The translations under genes were made by a program, and so were the position numbers. Shown one piece after another: positions 35,069 to 48,906 of a DNA stretch of 64,000 bases; within the stretch, counting starts at the first letter, position 1; each line of letters opens with the position of its first letter. The DNA is from a bacterium (GTDB taxonomy: Bacteria > Krumholzibacteriota > Krumholzibacteriia > JACNKJ01), in contig JAAEPZ010000538.1 in the NCBI GenBank assembly GCA_024231955.1, forward strand, positions 435,340 through 499,339. The letters run 5' to 3'. The notes beneath the pieces were generated by a model. The model was not told the origin of the DNA and made no database searches. It worked only from the letters and a program-made list of their open reading frames with translations.

Positions 35069-36532
35069 ATGACGCGTTTCTACAACTTCTTGCGCGGTGT
35101 AATGGTGAACGGATTGGGCAGGACGGGGGTGCGGCTGTGCACCTCCGTCATCGCCCTGTATCTGATTTTTGAATTTACCCGCCTCACGGGCATCCTGGTT
35201 CACGCCGGTGTTGAGATGCTCACCTTCATGCTGTTGATTCCGCTCTTCCTGCTGGGAATTCTGCTGATCATCCTCGGCTGGCTGCGCTACGTCAAGAGGT
35301 CGGACAAAAGCAGTGAGGTGCTTCTGCGCGGGCGCTTCGGCGCTGATGCCCTGAAGTCGGGATTGACCGGCAGTGCGGTCTCCCTGGGCTTCCTGGGTGT
35401 GGTCGTCATCGGTCTGCTCTTCCTCGGGACGAGCACCGGCAGCATGCTGCACTTCATGGAGTCGCCCCGCTTCTGCGGCACCGCCTGTCACAGCACGATG
35501 CACCCGGAGTGGGCAGCCTACCAGAATTCACCCCACGCACACGTCGATTGCGTCGAGTGCCACGTGGGCGAGGGTGTGGGCAACCTGGTGCAATCGAAGC
35601 TGGATGGCCTGCGGCAGATGGTTGCGCTGGCGACCAGGAGCTACGAGAAGCCGATTCCGACGCCGATCCACAATCTGCGTCCGGCGCGGGAAACCTGCGA
35701 GGAGTGCCACTGGCCGGACAAGTTCTACGCCACCCGCCTCAAGGTCATCCCGCACTTCGGCATGGATGAGGCTTCAACGCCGACCTACAATGCGCTCAGT
35801 ATCAAGATAGGCTCCGGTCTCGATGACGAGGGGGCGATCCACTGGCATGTGGGTGAGGAGAATGAGGTGCGTTACGCCTCGGAGGGCAACGCCAGGGAGA
35901 AGATGTTGTGGGTGGAGTGGCGTCAACCGGATGGGAGCTTCAAGCGCTTCAATCGCATGACTCCGCCGATCGGTGAGCTCGAGCACACGGAGATCCGCAC
36001 CATGGATTGTGTGGATTGCCACAACCGGGCGACCCATATCTACCAGGAGCCGGAGCAGGTCGTTGACCGGCTGCTGGCTTCCGGCGATCTGGACATCGAG
36101 TTGCCGTTCATCAAACAGCATGCCTATGGCGCGCTGATCGACAACTACAAATCCAGCGAGGCGGCGAACGTCGGCATCGAACGGCGGCTGCTGAATTACT
36201 ATTCGCGCAACTACCCCACGATTTTCACCGCCAAACAGGTCGAACTCGATCGCGCAGTCGATCTGCTGCAGGAGGCGTGGGCCAGGAATGTCCATCTCGG
36301 TATGGAGGTCACCTGGGGCACATATCCCGACTTCGCGAACCACCATGGTGATGGCGGTTGTTTCCGTTGCCACAACGAAAACTTTGTGGATGACCAGGGT
36401 GAAACCATCTCTTATCAATGCTCGCTGTGCCACGATCTGTTGACCCAGGACAGCCCCGAACCCTTCAGTTTCAAGGCCACACCTGACGCCGAAGCCGAAG
36501 GCGAGGAGGTCGATGAGGTGGCGGAGGGCTAG
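35069..36532 (+). CDS. Membrane-anchored multiheme cytochrome c (six CXXCH; NapC/NrfH-like quinol-interacting partner)
   Basis: Two or three N-terminal TM helices, then CGTACH, CVECH, CEECH, CVDCH, CFRCH, CSLCH. Starts 12 nt after hao. Confidence 0.7.
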   Translation: MTRFYNFLRGVMVNGLGRTGVRLCTSVIALYLIFEFTRLTGILVHAGVEMLTFMLLIPLFLLGILLIILGWLRYVKRSDKSSEVLLRGRFGADALKSGLTGSAVSLGFLGVVVIGLLFLGTSTGSMLHFMESPRFCGTACHSTMHPEWAAYQNSPHAHVDCVECHVGEGVGNLVQSKLDGLRQMVALATRSYEKPIPTPIHNLRPARETCEECHWPDKFYATRLKVIPHFGMDEASTPTYNALSIKIGSGLDDEGAIHWHVGEENEVRYASEGNAREKMLWVEWRQPDGSFKRFNRMTPPIGELEHTEIRTMDCVDCHNRATHIYQEPEQVVDRLLASGDLDIELPFIKQHAYGALIDNYKSSEAANVGIERRLLNYYSRNYPTIFTAKQVELDRAVDLLQEAWARNVHLGMEVTWGTYPDFANHHGDGGCFRCHNENFVDDQGETISYQCSLCHDLLTQDSPEPFSFKATPDAEAEGEEVDEVAEG

Positions 36533-36567
36533 CCGACAAGTATCTGAATTGGTCTGCAATCGTTTCG

Positions 36568-36598
36568 GGGCTCGGTTATAACCGGGCCCTTGTTGTTT
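36568..36598 (+). terminator. Rho-independent terminator after the cytochrome pair
   Basis: GGGCTCGG-ttataa-CCGGGCCC followed by TTGTTGTTT. Confidence 0.5.
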
Positions 36599-36705
36599 AC
36601 AGCTATTGGCGATTGGCCCATATTCAAACCCCACAGGAGGTGACTGCGATTCTGTCCAACGGTGATGATATCCGTCTCCCCTTTCTGGGGGCGTTCGGCC
36701 GCCGC

Positions 36706-38457
36706 ATGTTTCTGTCGCTGGCCCTGGTCAGTCTGCTGCTCGTGGCCGCAGTCGGCGGCATGGGTTATCGGCAAACGCGCCAGGCTTTGATGAAGGAGGC
36801 GCGTGAGCATCTGGGTGAGGTGGCGCGTGCCCGTCGAGTCCGGCTGGAGATCTGGTTTGATGAACGACGAGAGGACATGGTTCTGCTCTCGGCGCACATA
36901 GACAAGACCCTGAGCGATGATCTGGAGACTGCCGCCGTGATCGAGGAGTTGCTGGACATGCAACTGGAGGCGCAGCCGGCCTATCGTCATTTCGCCGTAT
37001 TCGATACTGAGGGTTCGCTGATTGCGTCCGCCGGAGAACCTGTGCACGAAGAGTGCATGAACTCGGAATGCCCCGAGGTCAGAAACGCCATGACGTCCGG
37101 GGAGATCGTACTGGGGCGTTTCATCCTGGACGCCGATGACGAACCCACCATGCGGCTCAGCGCCCCCCTCAGCCTGGGTGACGAATTCACCGGAGCTCTG
37201 CTCGCCGTATTGCGCCCGGCCGCATCTATCAATCCCATACTTGCCGATACATCAGGTCTGGGACGCAGTGGCGAGACCTACCTCGTGGGTGCCGACATGA
37301 CCATGTTGACCCCGTCCCGCCATATGAATCACCCGCCTGCCCTGACCCACAAGATGCCGACGCCCGGCGTATTGGCCTGCCTCGAAAGCGGCAGCGGCAT
37401 CAGTCTGTATACGAGTTACATGGGTGAGGAGGTTCTGGGCGCCTACGAATGGCTGCCTGCGCAGCGTTGGGCGTTGATCGCCGAGATCCGGACCGCCGAA
37501 GCGTTCGCGCCGCTGCGGGGAATCGCACACAACACGGTACTGATCGCCTGCGTGGCTCTGCTCCTGGCGCTGCTGATCAGCATCACGTTGTCGCGGCGTC
37601 TATCCAGTCCGATCGGTCGTTTGGCGGTGGCCAGTGATCGTGTGGCTGCCGGTGACTGGTCCCCGCTCCCCGTCATCAGGGGGCCGGGCGAGATAGGCAT
37701 CCTGGCGCGCCATTTCGCAATCATGGTGGCATCGCTCTCCCGCTCGCGAACGGAACTTGAGCAATCGAGCCGGCAATTGGCCCAGGCCGAAAAGCTGGCG
37801 GAGATAGGCCGCCTGGCCGCGGGTCTGGTGCATGAGATGCGCAATCCCCTGGCCGCGATCAAGATGAATCTGAGTAACCTCACCCGCAGCCGCTCCCTGA
37901 CCGCCATCGAGGAGGAGCAGCTGCAGATCGCCTGCGAGGAGGGGGAGCGTCTCGAGCTGATGCTGGCCGAATTCCTCGCCTTCAGCCGCCCTGTCGAATT
38001 GAAGCGGGCACTGGTGAGCCTGGAATATCTGCTCGGTAAAGTCGAGCAGTTGACCGAGGCGGAGCGGGCTCCCCGCGGCATCCTCCTGAAGTTTGAGCGC
38101 CAGACGACGGATCGTGAGATCCTGGTCGATTCCGAGATGCTGCTCAGGGCGATCATCAACCTGGTGTACAATGCCGCCCAGGCGTTGCCGGAGAACGGGA
38201 TCGTCCGTCTGGTTGCGGGTGAGGATGAGGGCGCCCTGGTTATCGACATTGAGGATGAGGGGCGCGGCATGCCGCAGCCGGAACTCGACAGGATCTTTGA
38301 TCCTTTCTTCACGACGCGTGAGGGGGGAGTCGGTCTGGGAATCTGCAACGCGCGCAAGTATGTCGAACTGCATGAGGGGCGGCTGACGATCGCCAGCCGC
38401 GAGGGCGAGGGGACGCGAGCTCGCATCACACTGCCTGCGGGGGAGAGCAATGCTTGA
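36706..38457 (+). CDS. Sensor histidine kinase (periplasmic Cache-like sensor, HAMP, HisKA, HATPase_c)
   Basis: Two TM helices flank a ~280-aa periplasmic domain. H-box LVHEMRNPLAAI. N/G boxes LVYNAAQAL, DEGRGMP, GVGLGICNARKYVELHEG. Start is uncertain: ATG 36706 or TTG 36613. Confidence 0.8.
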   Translation: MFLSLALVSLLLVAAVGGMGYRQTRQALMKEAREHLGEVARARRVRLEIWFDERREDMVLLSAHIDKTLSDDLETAAVIEELLDMQLEAQPAYRHFAVFDTEGSLIASAGEPVHEECMNSECPEVRNAMTSGEIVLGRFILDADDEPTMRLSAPLSLGDEFTGALLAVLRPAASINPILADTSGLGRSGETYLVGADMTMLTPSRHMNHPPALTHKMPTPGVLACLESGSGISLYTSYMGEEVLGAYEWLPAQRWALIAEIRTAEAFAPLRGIAHNTVLIACVALLLALLISITLSRRLSSPIGRLAVASDRVAAGDWSPLPVIRGPGEIGILARHFAIMVASLSRSRTELEQSSRQLAQAEKLAEIGRLAAGLVHEMRNPLAAIKMNLSNLTRSRSLTAIEEEQLQIACEEGERLELMLAEFLAFSRPVELKRALVSLEYLLGKVEQLTEAERAPRGILLKFERQTTDREILVDSEMLLRAIINLVYNAAQALPENGIVRLVAGEDEGALVIDIEDEGRGMPQPELDRIFDPFFTTREGGVGLGICNARKYVELHEGRLTIASREGEGTRARITLPAGESNA

Positions 38458-39793
38458 ACTTCTGATTATCGACGATGATCGCGCCTTTCGACGCAGCCTA
38501 GAACTGCACATGCAGGGTCGCGGATTTTCGGTGCGTTGCGCATCCAATCTCGCCGAGGGCGAGTCCGCCTGGCGAGAGAAGTTGCCGAATCTGGTATTCC
38601 TGGATCTGATGCTGCCCGACGGCGAGGGGACCTGGTTGCTGGAGCGGATGACCGAGGAGGGACTCGGCACCAAGGTGATCATCATCACCGGGCATCACGA
38701 GATGGAACGTGCGGTAACGGGTATGCGCGCCGGCGCCTTCGATTTCGTGCACAAGCCGCTATCCGCCGACGAACTCGACAAGGTGGTCGACCAGGCGATC
38801 GGGCAGTTGCAGGTCGAGGAGAGTATGGGGCTGGAGGCCGGCAGCGCGGCCGAGCTCTCGCCGATGGGCTCCATCATCGGTCGCAGCAGGTCCATTCTCG
38901 CGTTGCATAAAACCATTGGTCTCGCCAGTCGTGGCCGGGCCAATGTTCTCATCCTGGGGGAATCCGGCACGGGCAAGGAGCTGGTGGCCAGAGCCATTCA
39001 CCGACTGGTTACGCCGCGTGAACCTTTCCTGGCCGTCAACTGCAGCGCCTTGGTGCCGTCGCTTCTGGAGAGCGAGCTGTTTGGTCACGAGCGGGGTGCA
39101 TTCACCGGGGCGGCGCAGCAGCGGCGGGGGCGCATGGAGCTGGTCGGCGAGGGTGTTCTGTTTCTCGATGAGATCGGCGACCTGCCGCTCGATCTCCAGG
39201 CCAAACTTCTGCGGGTCATCCAGGAGCGGGAGTTCGAGCGGGTAGGCGGGACTCAATCGCTGCCGTTCAAGGCGATGCTGATCTCCGCCACACACAGGGA
39301 TCTGTCGGCCATGGTGGCAGCGGGCGATTTTCGCGAGGATCTCTTCTACCGCCTCAAGGTTGTGGAGATCGAGGTCGAACCGCTGCGGGATCGCGTCGAG
39401 GATATCCCTCTACTCGTCGAGCATTTCCTCACATTGTATAACGGCGAGTTCCACCGCAATGTCACCCGCGTGCCGCAACAGGTGCTGGCCGATCTGCAGG
39501 CGTACCACTGGCCCGGCAATGTGCGGGAGCTGGAGAACAGGATCCAGGCCGGCATCATGGCCAGTCCAGGGGATGTGCTGACCGTGGAGATCCCCAGTAC
39601 CGTTACCGCGACCGGGGATGGCGGCAGTTGGCGCCGCCCGCTGCGCGATGTCGAGTGCGCGCATATCGCCCGGGTTCTCGAGCACTGCAACTGGGTGCAG
39701 GGTGAAGCGTGCAGTATCCTGGGTGTCAGTCGACCTACTCTGCGCAAGAAGATTCAGGACTTTGGACTCAAGCGGCCGGGTAAGGAATCGTAG
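38450..39793 (+). CDS. Sigma-54-dependent response regulator (NtrC family: REC, AAA+ sigma54-interaction, Fis-type HTH)
   Basis: REC LIIDDD...DLMLPDG. Walker A GESGTGKELVARAIH. GAFTGA motif (HERGAFTGAAQ). ELENRIQ. C-terminal HTH. Confidence 0.85.
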   Translation: MLELLIIDDDRAFRRSLELHMQGRGFSVRCASNLAEGESAWREKLPNLVFLDLMLPDGEGTWLLERMTEEGLGTKVIIITGHHEMERAVTGMRAGAFDFVHKPLSADELDKVVDQAIGQLQVEESMGLEAGSAAELSPMGSIIGRSRSILALHKTIGLASRGRANVLILGESGTGKELVARAIHRLVTPREPFLAVNCSALVPSLLESELFGHERGAFTGAAQQRRGRMELVGEGVLFLDEIGDLPLDLQAKLLRVIQEREFERVGGTQSLPFKAMLISATHRDLSAMVAAGDFREDLFYRLKVVEIEVEPLRDRVEDIPLLVEHFLTLYNGEFHRNVTRVPQQVLADLQAYHWPGNVRELENRIQAGIMASPGDVLTVEIPSTVTATGDGGSWRRPLRDVECAHIARVLEHCNWVQGEACSILGVSRPTLRKKIQDFGLKRPGKES

Positions 39794-40038
39794 CGGGATC
39801 CTTTCGGCGATTTGACCCTGTTCAGTTATCTCCACACCTGGTTATCGAAACGCCCCCCCTCTGCCGGGGGAGCGTCGCCCGGTGATGCCCATTCCTCACT
39901 ATTTACATCGGATGCCAACCTGAAAGCCCTTTTCAACCATTGAAAGGAGCTTTCCCGTATTCGTGGGTAAGGCTGAAAGTGGTAGTCGCTAACCGCTTGT
40001 TATTACATGCATTACGGGCTTGGCTCTGCGCGAGGTCA

Positions 40039-40053
40039 TGGCACGGCTGTTGC
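40039..40053 (+). promoter_or_regulatory. Sigma-54 (-24/-12) promoter: TGGCAC-ggctg-TTGC
   Basis: Perfect match to TGGCAC-N5-TTGC, ~80 nt upstream of the efflux-operon lipoprotein gene and directly downstream of the NtrC-family regulator. Confidence 0.6.
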
Positions 40054-40131
40054 GCTGAAGGGGTCAGCCCGGAGATCATGTCGGACGGAAAATCAAAAGG
40101 GATCCCCGGATAACCCGAGAATACCAAGAGG

Positions 40132-40680
40132 TTGATCATGATGAAAATCACCCGCAATTTGATCCTGTTGATTCTGGTGGCAGGCGTAAGCGCACTCCTC
40201 GCAGGCTGTGGCGACGCAAATGGTGAGGATAGTGTTTCGGCTATGGCGACCGCCGCCGATGTCTCCTGCTCCACGGTTGCCCCGGCCTGCGCCGGAGGCA
40301 CGAGCTGCAGCGAAGATGCGGACATCGCCGACGTCTCCTGCTCGGCAGGTGAGTCGATCAGCAGTGGCGGTTCATCATGTTGCCCAAGTAAGGGTGGCAT
40401 GAGCGCCAAAATCACGGAGTCCGCGACCATGGGTAAGGTCTACACCAGTGAGAAACTGTACACCTGCCCCGGACACCCCGCCCTTGTCGACACCGATCCC
40501 GATGACAAGTGCCCGCTGCACAAAGCTCCCCTGCGCGAGATGACGGCTGCCGATGTCACGGAGCTGCGCAGCGAGGAGTTGCTCGGCTGCACGATGTGTC
40601 CCGTCGTCAAACCGGCGACGGCCGAGAAACCGGATTGCATTCTCTGCGGCATGAAGCTGATCGAAATCAAAAAGGGGTAG
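40132..40680 (+). CDS. Cys-rich putative heavy-metal-binding lipoprotein (YHCP/CPxHP-type metal-binding motifs)
   Basis: Lipobox LLAGC. 17 Cys. YTCPGHPALV...DKCPLH and GCTMCPVV...CILCGM resemble the metal-binding domain found at the N-termini of CusB-like adaptors. Confidence 0.55.
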   Translation: MIMMKITRNLILLILVAGVSALLAGCGDANGEDSVSAMATAADVSCSTVAPACAGGTSCSEDADIADVSCSAGESISSGGSSCCPSKGGMSAKITESATMGKVYTSEKLYTCPGHPALVDTDPDDKCPLHKAPLREMTAADVTELRSEELLGCTMCPVVKPATAEKPDCILCGMKLIEIKKG

Positions 40681-40686
40681 GACGCA

Positions 40687-42072
40687 ATGAGGTCCAGCAT
40701 CAACGGTCACTCACCGGACGGAATCTCGGGGTCGGCAAATCCGGGGAGGTATCTCCTCGGATTTCGCCCCCTGGTTCTGGTCGCCCTGTTTCTCGGTCTG
40801 TGTTCGCCGCCGGCATTCGCCGATCCCGATGCCCGAGCGATAGGCGGTCAACAGACATCGACCTCACTGTCCCCCTTGGCAGCGATCGCCGACTACCAGG
40901 CTTTCGCGCTGGCCAACAACCCCGGGCTCCTGTCCGCCGGAGAATCCTGGCACGCTGCGCGGAGCGGAGCGGACCATGCGGGCGCCTGGCCCGATCCGAA
41001 ACTGAGTTTCGGCTATCTGGCCGAGGGGGTAGAGACGAGAGTCGGTGCCCAGCGCTGGAAAGTGGGTGTGAATCAGAGCATCCCCTGGTTCGGCAAGCGG
41101 GCTCTGAAAAGGGGCATGGCGGAGGCGCAGGCGACGGCACGTGAGCATCTATGGGGGCAGAAGAGAAGGCAATTGAGCTTTGATGTCTACAGGGCCTGCG
41201 TGGAATATGCCTATCTCGGCGAGGCTATCGCCAGCAAGAGGCGCGGCCTCGAACTGCTGACCTCACTTGAGGAGGTGGCGGTTATCCGCTATCGCAACGG
41301 CGGCTTGTCCTGGACAAACATGCTCCGATTGCTGAATCGGAAAGCGTTGCTCGGCGAGGATGTCAACCGCCTGACTGATCGACGGCATGCGCAGGTGCTC
41401 GTCATCAACTCCCTGCTGGGGCGTGATCTCTCCGCAGCGATAAGCACACCCTTGACGATTCCCGATGCTGATCCGTCATTCAGGATTGCGACCCACGCCG
41501 ATCTTCTCGCCGACAATCCCACCATGCGCGCCCAGGCGGCGCGGGTCGACGGTGGGCGTCGCGGCGTCGCGCTTGCCCGGAAACGGGCGCGTCCCGATCT
41601 CAATCTCGGTGTCGAGTATATAGCCACCGATGAAGCCTCCATGCCCGGCGTCGTGGACTCCGGCAAGGATCCGATCATCTTCAAGTTGGGGATCAGCGTG
41701 CCTCTTTGGCGCGGGAGCTACTCGGCCGCGGAGCAGGAGGCCGCCGCCCGGCTGCGGTCGATCGAGGCCGCCGGGCTGGACCTGACCAACCGGCTGCTGT
41801 CACGTCTGGACAGGGTGATCCTGGAGCGCAGGGAGGCCGCCAGACGGGTGAAGCTGTACGAGGTCGAATTGATCCCCCGTACCCACGAAGCGTTGGTCGC
41901 GCTTGCAGCCGACTTCCGCACCGGCGGCGCTGACTTCAGCGAACTGCTCCAGACAGAGGAATACCTGCTCGAATTCCAGTTGAAAGAACTCCGTGCCCGG
42001 GCCGATCTGGCCCTGGGGCGGGCGGAGATCGAACTACTTGTCGGCTCCCGACGAGGGGGGGATCAGCAATGA
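40687..42072 (+). CDS. TolC-family outer membrane efflux protein (CusC/CzcC-like)
   Basis: Signal peptide; two-repeat OEP architecture; length 461 aa; contiguous with the adaptor and RND genes. Confidence 0.75.
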   Translation: MRSSINGHSPDGISGSANPGRYLLGFRPLVLVALFLGLCSPPAFADPDARAIGGQQTSTSLSPLAAIADYQAFALANNPGLLSAGESWHAARSGADHAGAWPDPKLSFGYLAEGVETRVGAQRWKVGVNQSIPWFGKRALKRGMAEAQATAREHLWGQKRRQLSFDVYRACVEYAYLGEAIASKRRGLELLTSLEEVAVIRYRNGGLSWTNMLRLLNRKALLGEDVNRLTDRRHAQVLVINSLLGRDLSAAISTPLTIPDADPSFRIATHADLLADNPTMRAQAARVDGGRRGVALARKRARPDLNLGVEYIATDEASMPGVVDSGKDPIIFKLGISVPLWRGSYSAAEQEAAARLRSIEAAGLDLTNRLLSRLDRVILERREAARRVKLYEVELIPRTHEALVALAADFRTGGADFSELLQTEEYLLEFQLKELRARADLALGRAEIELLVGSRRGGDQQ

Positions 42073-43899
42073 CCGAATCCAGACGTCCCCGATTTTTCCA
42101 TTCCCGCAACCAGGCCATAGCGACCCTCCTGATTCTGGTTGCGGTCTTCGTGCTTGGTTTTCTGACTCGCGGAGGCGGAGCGGGTGGAGACCGGCAACAG
42201 GCAGCGGCGATCGCCTCCGAGTGGACCTGCTCCATGCACCCGCAGGTGCGGCAACCGGAATTCGGTCTGTGCCCGCTCTGCGCCATGGATCTGATCCCCG
42301 TGGGTGAGGATACTGGCGGCGATCTGGGGCGCAGGGAGCTGCGACTGTCGGCGCATGCCCGTAAACTGGCTTCTCTGGAGACGGCGCTGGTCGAGCGGCG
42401 GCATGTCGATGTGGAGTTGCGGTTGCCCGGTACGGTGGAATTCGACGAGACGCACGTGAAGCGGATCACCGCCTGGGTCGCCGGCCGCCTGGAGGAGGTG
42501 CATGTGAACTCCACCTACGAAACGGTCGCTGCGGGGCAGGCGCTGGTGGATGTCTACAGTCCCGGTTTGATCGCCGCCCAGGAGGAGTTGCTGCAGGCGC
42601 TCCGTGCCGTGGAGCGGACCGGTGGGCAAGGCGCTTCGGTTCTGGCGCAGCGCACGTTGGCCGCCACGCGGGAGAAACTGTCGCTGCTGGGTTTGACCTC
42701 CGAACAGATCCTGACGCTGGAGCGGACACGGACGACGAACGATCGGGTCAGTATCCCGGCGCCGCTGGGTGGGGTAGTTCTGGAGATGAACGCGATCGAG
42801 GGGCGCTTTGTAGATCGGGGTACGCCGCTCTACACCATTGCCGACCTGTCGCAGGTCTGGGTGCAGTTGGCTGCATACGAATCGGACCTGAGCCTGATCG
42901 CTACGGGGCAGACGGTCACTTTCGAGTCCCGCGCCTGGCCCGGGGAGATCTTCGCCGGGCAGGTGGACTTCATCGATCCGGTGCTTGATGAACAGACGCG
43001 GACGACCCGATTGCGGGTTGTGGCGGACAACAGCGACGGGCGTCTGAAACCGGGGATGTTCGTGCACGCCACGTTGCTCGCCGGTGTCGATCCCACGGAT
43101 TCCGACGACGAGCCGCCGCTGGTGATTCCGGCTTCGGCACCGCTGATCACGGGGCGACGGGCCGTGGTCTACGTGGCGCATCCACGGGAGGAGGGGCGTT
43201 ACGAGGGGCGAGAGGTTGTGCTTGGAGCCCGGCGGGGCGACTTCTATGAAGTACAATCCGGGCTGTTTGCCGACGAACGGGTCGTGACCCGGGGCAACTT
43301 CAAACTCGACAGCGCCCTGCAGATTCTGGCCAGGCCGAGCATGATGAATCCCCCTGCGGTTCAGGATGCCGCAAGGGTCGAACTGATTGCGCTGGCGCAA
43401 AGCGGCGTCCGCCTGCCGATCAGTGACCCGTCCCTGGCCGAACTTGAAAATATCTATGTCGCCTATTTCGCGCTGCAGTTCGCCCTGAGTCATGATGACT
43501 ATCCCGGCGCGCTGTCCGCCGGTTCGCAGCTCAAGGCTGCCCTCTCGCTGGTTGATCCGCAACGGTTCGTCGTCGAGTCCAAGCCGGTCTGGCAACTCGT
43601 GCATCGGACACTTGTCGGGGAGACCGGGATGCTGGCCGACAGCGGAGACATGGCGACCGCCCGCGCCGGATTCGAGATGATCTCCTTTGCCGTCACCGCA
43701 CTTGCACGCAGTTTCGGCCGCCAGGCGGATCGACCTCTGCTCACCTACTTCTGCCCAATGGCCTTCGATTACGAGGGGGCATCCTGGTTGCAGGAAAAAG
43801 AGGGGACGGAGAATCCCTACTACGGTTCGCAGATGTTCAAGTGCGGTTCGCAGCTGGAGACGCTGAGTACGCCGGAGAGCAAAGCCGGAGGCGAGGATC

Positions 43900-43907
<8 letters not shown>
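42069..43907 (+). CDS. Efflux RND periplasmic adaptor subunit (CusB/CzcB family) with an N-terminal metal-binding motif and a C-terminal DUF3347-like extension
   Basis: WTCSMHPQV...CPLCAMDL metal-binding domain. Membrane-fusion-protein core. 4-nt overlaps with both neighbours. Confidence 0.8.
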
Positions 43908-47673
<3,766 letters not shown>

Positions 47674-47746
47674 AGGTATTCGGACTTGCAAAATATCCGG
47701 GTCGTTTCTATGATCGGGGAATCCACCAAACACAAGGAGACGGGAT

Positions 47747-48502
47747 ATGGTTGATCTTTCAGGAAAGACTGCGCTGGTGACTGGCGGCTCGCGCGGCATC
47801 GGCAGGGCCATCTGCCTGCAACTGGCCGAAGCTGGTGCCAATGTGGCCATCAATTACTGGCGCAATCGCAAGGCGGCGGAGGAGGTTGCCGAGGGGATTC
47901 GGGCACACGGTTGCCAGGCGGCTGTCTACAAGGCCAATGTCGCCAATGAGGGGCAGCTTCATGACATGTTCGAGTCCCTTAAAGGCGATTTCGGCAAGCT
48001 GGACATCCTGGTCTCCAATGCCGCATCCGGCGTCCTCAAACCTGCGATCGAGCTCACGAGGAAGCACTGGCAGTGGACGCTCGACATCAATGCGGCCACT
48101 CTGCTGCATCTGGTGCAGCACGCATTGCCCCTGATGGGTGATGATGGCGGCAAGGTGGTGGCCATCTCCTCGATCGGTTCCGTGCGGGCGATACCGAACT
48201 ACTCGGCTGTCGGGGCCTCCAAGGCGGCGCTGGAATCCCTGGTGCGTCACCTGGCGGTGGAGCTGGCGCCGCAGGGGATCAACGTGAACATCGTCTCTGC
48301 GGGTGTGGTGGATACCGACGCGCTTAAACACTTCCCCAACCGTGACGATCTCCTGGGCAACAGCCGGATCAAAACTCCGGCCGGCCGTCTCACCTCACCG
48401 GAGGATGTGGCCGACGTGACCCTGTTCATGGTCAGCCCCCAAGCGAAGATGATTCATGGACAAACCGTGGTCGTCGACGGGGGATACTCAATAGTTGCCT
48501 GA
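47747..48502 (+). CDS. SDR family NAD(P)-dependent oxidoreductase (FabG/FabL-like)
   Basis: TGGSRGIGRAI (cofactor motif), NAAS, YSAVGASKAAL (YxxxK). AAGGAGA RBS. Confidence 0.85.
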   Translation: MVDLSGKTALVTGGSRGIGRAICLQLAEAGANVAINYWRNRKAAEEVAEGIRAHGCQAAVYKANVANEGQLHDMFESLKGDFGKLDILVSNAASGVLKPAIELTRKHWQWTLDINAATLLHLVQHALPLMGDDGGKVVAISSIGSVRAIPNYSAVGASKAALESLVRHLAVELAPQGINVNIVSAGVVDTDALKHFPNRDDLLGNSRIKTPAGRLTSPEDVADVTLFMVSPQAKMIHGQTVVVDGGYSIVA

Positions 48503-48583
48503 GGACGGTTGCTGGGATCCCGCTCCGGTCGATCGGCACGAGGGTGCGGGCCGGCGCGGGTGACAATTCAGGGCACAAAAAAA

Positions 48584-48620
48584 AGCAACCGTGCCAGTCA
48601 GTGCATCGGTTGCTCTTTTA
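48584..48620 (+). terminator. Intrinsic terminator after the SDR gene
   Basis: AGCAACCG-15 nt loop-CGGTTGCT followed by CTTTTAC. Confidence 0.4.
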
Positions 48621-48848
48621 CTACCCCTGCTTGCTCCCATACGTAGCAGGGTGGATGCCAGCCTTCAATATCCTCCGAACTCTTTGCGGGAAATCTCTAA
48701 CTGGCTTCTTGTCAATGAGATGGGTGGTGGGTGAATTGCCCCGCCGGGAGTGGGAGCACGGAATCCCCCCTGGATGTTCAACGTGTCGTCTTCTGACGGG
48801 GACAGTGTCCTCTTTAAAAAAGGACACTGCCGGGTCCCCTTCGGGGGG

Positions 48849-48877
48849 AACAACAAGGCCCGCCTGCGGGGCGGGCC
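48849..48877 (-). terminator. Intrinsic terminator after the 48907..49368 gene (minus strand)
   Basis: On the minus strand GGCCCGCC-ccgca-GGCGGGCC followed by TTGTTGTT. Confidence 0.45.
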
Positions 48878-48906
48878 GATAGATAAACGGTTCGATGTTG
48901 ATCCGG

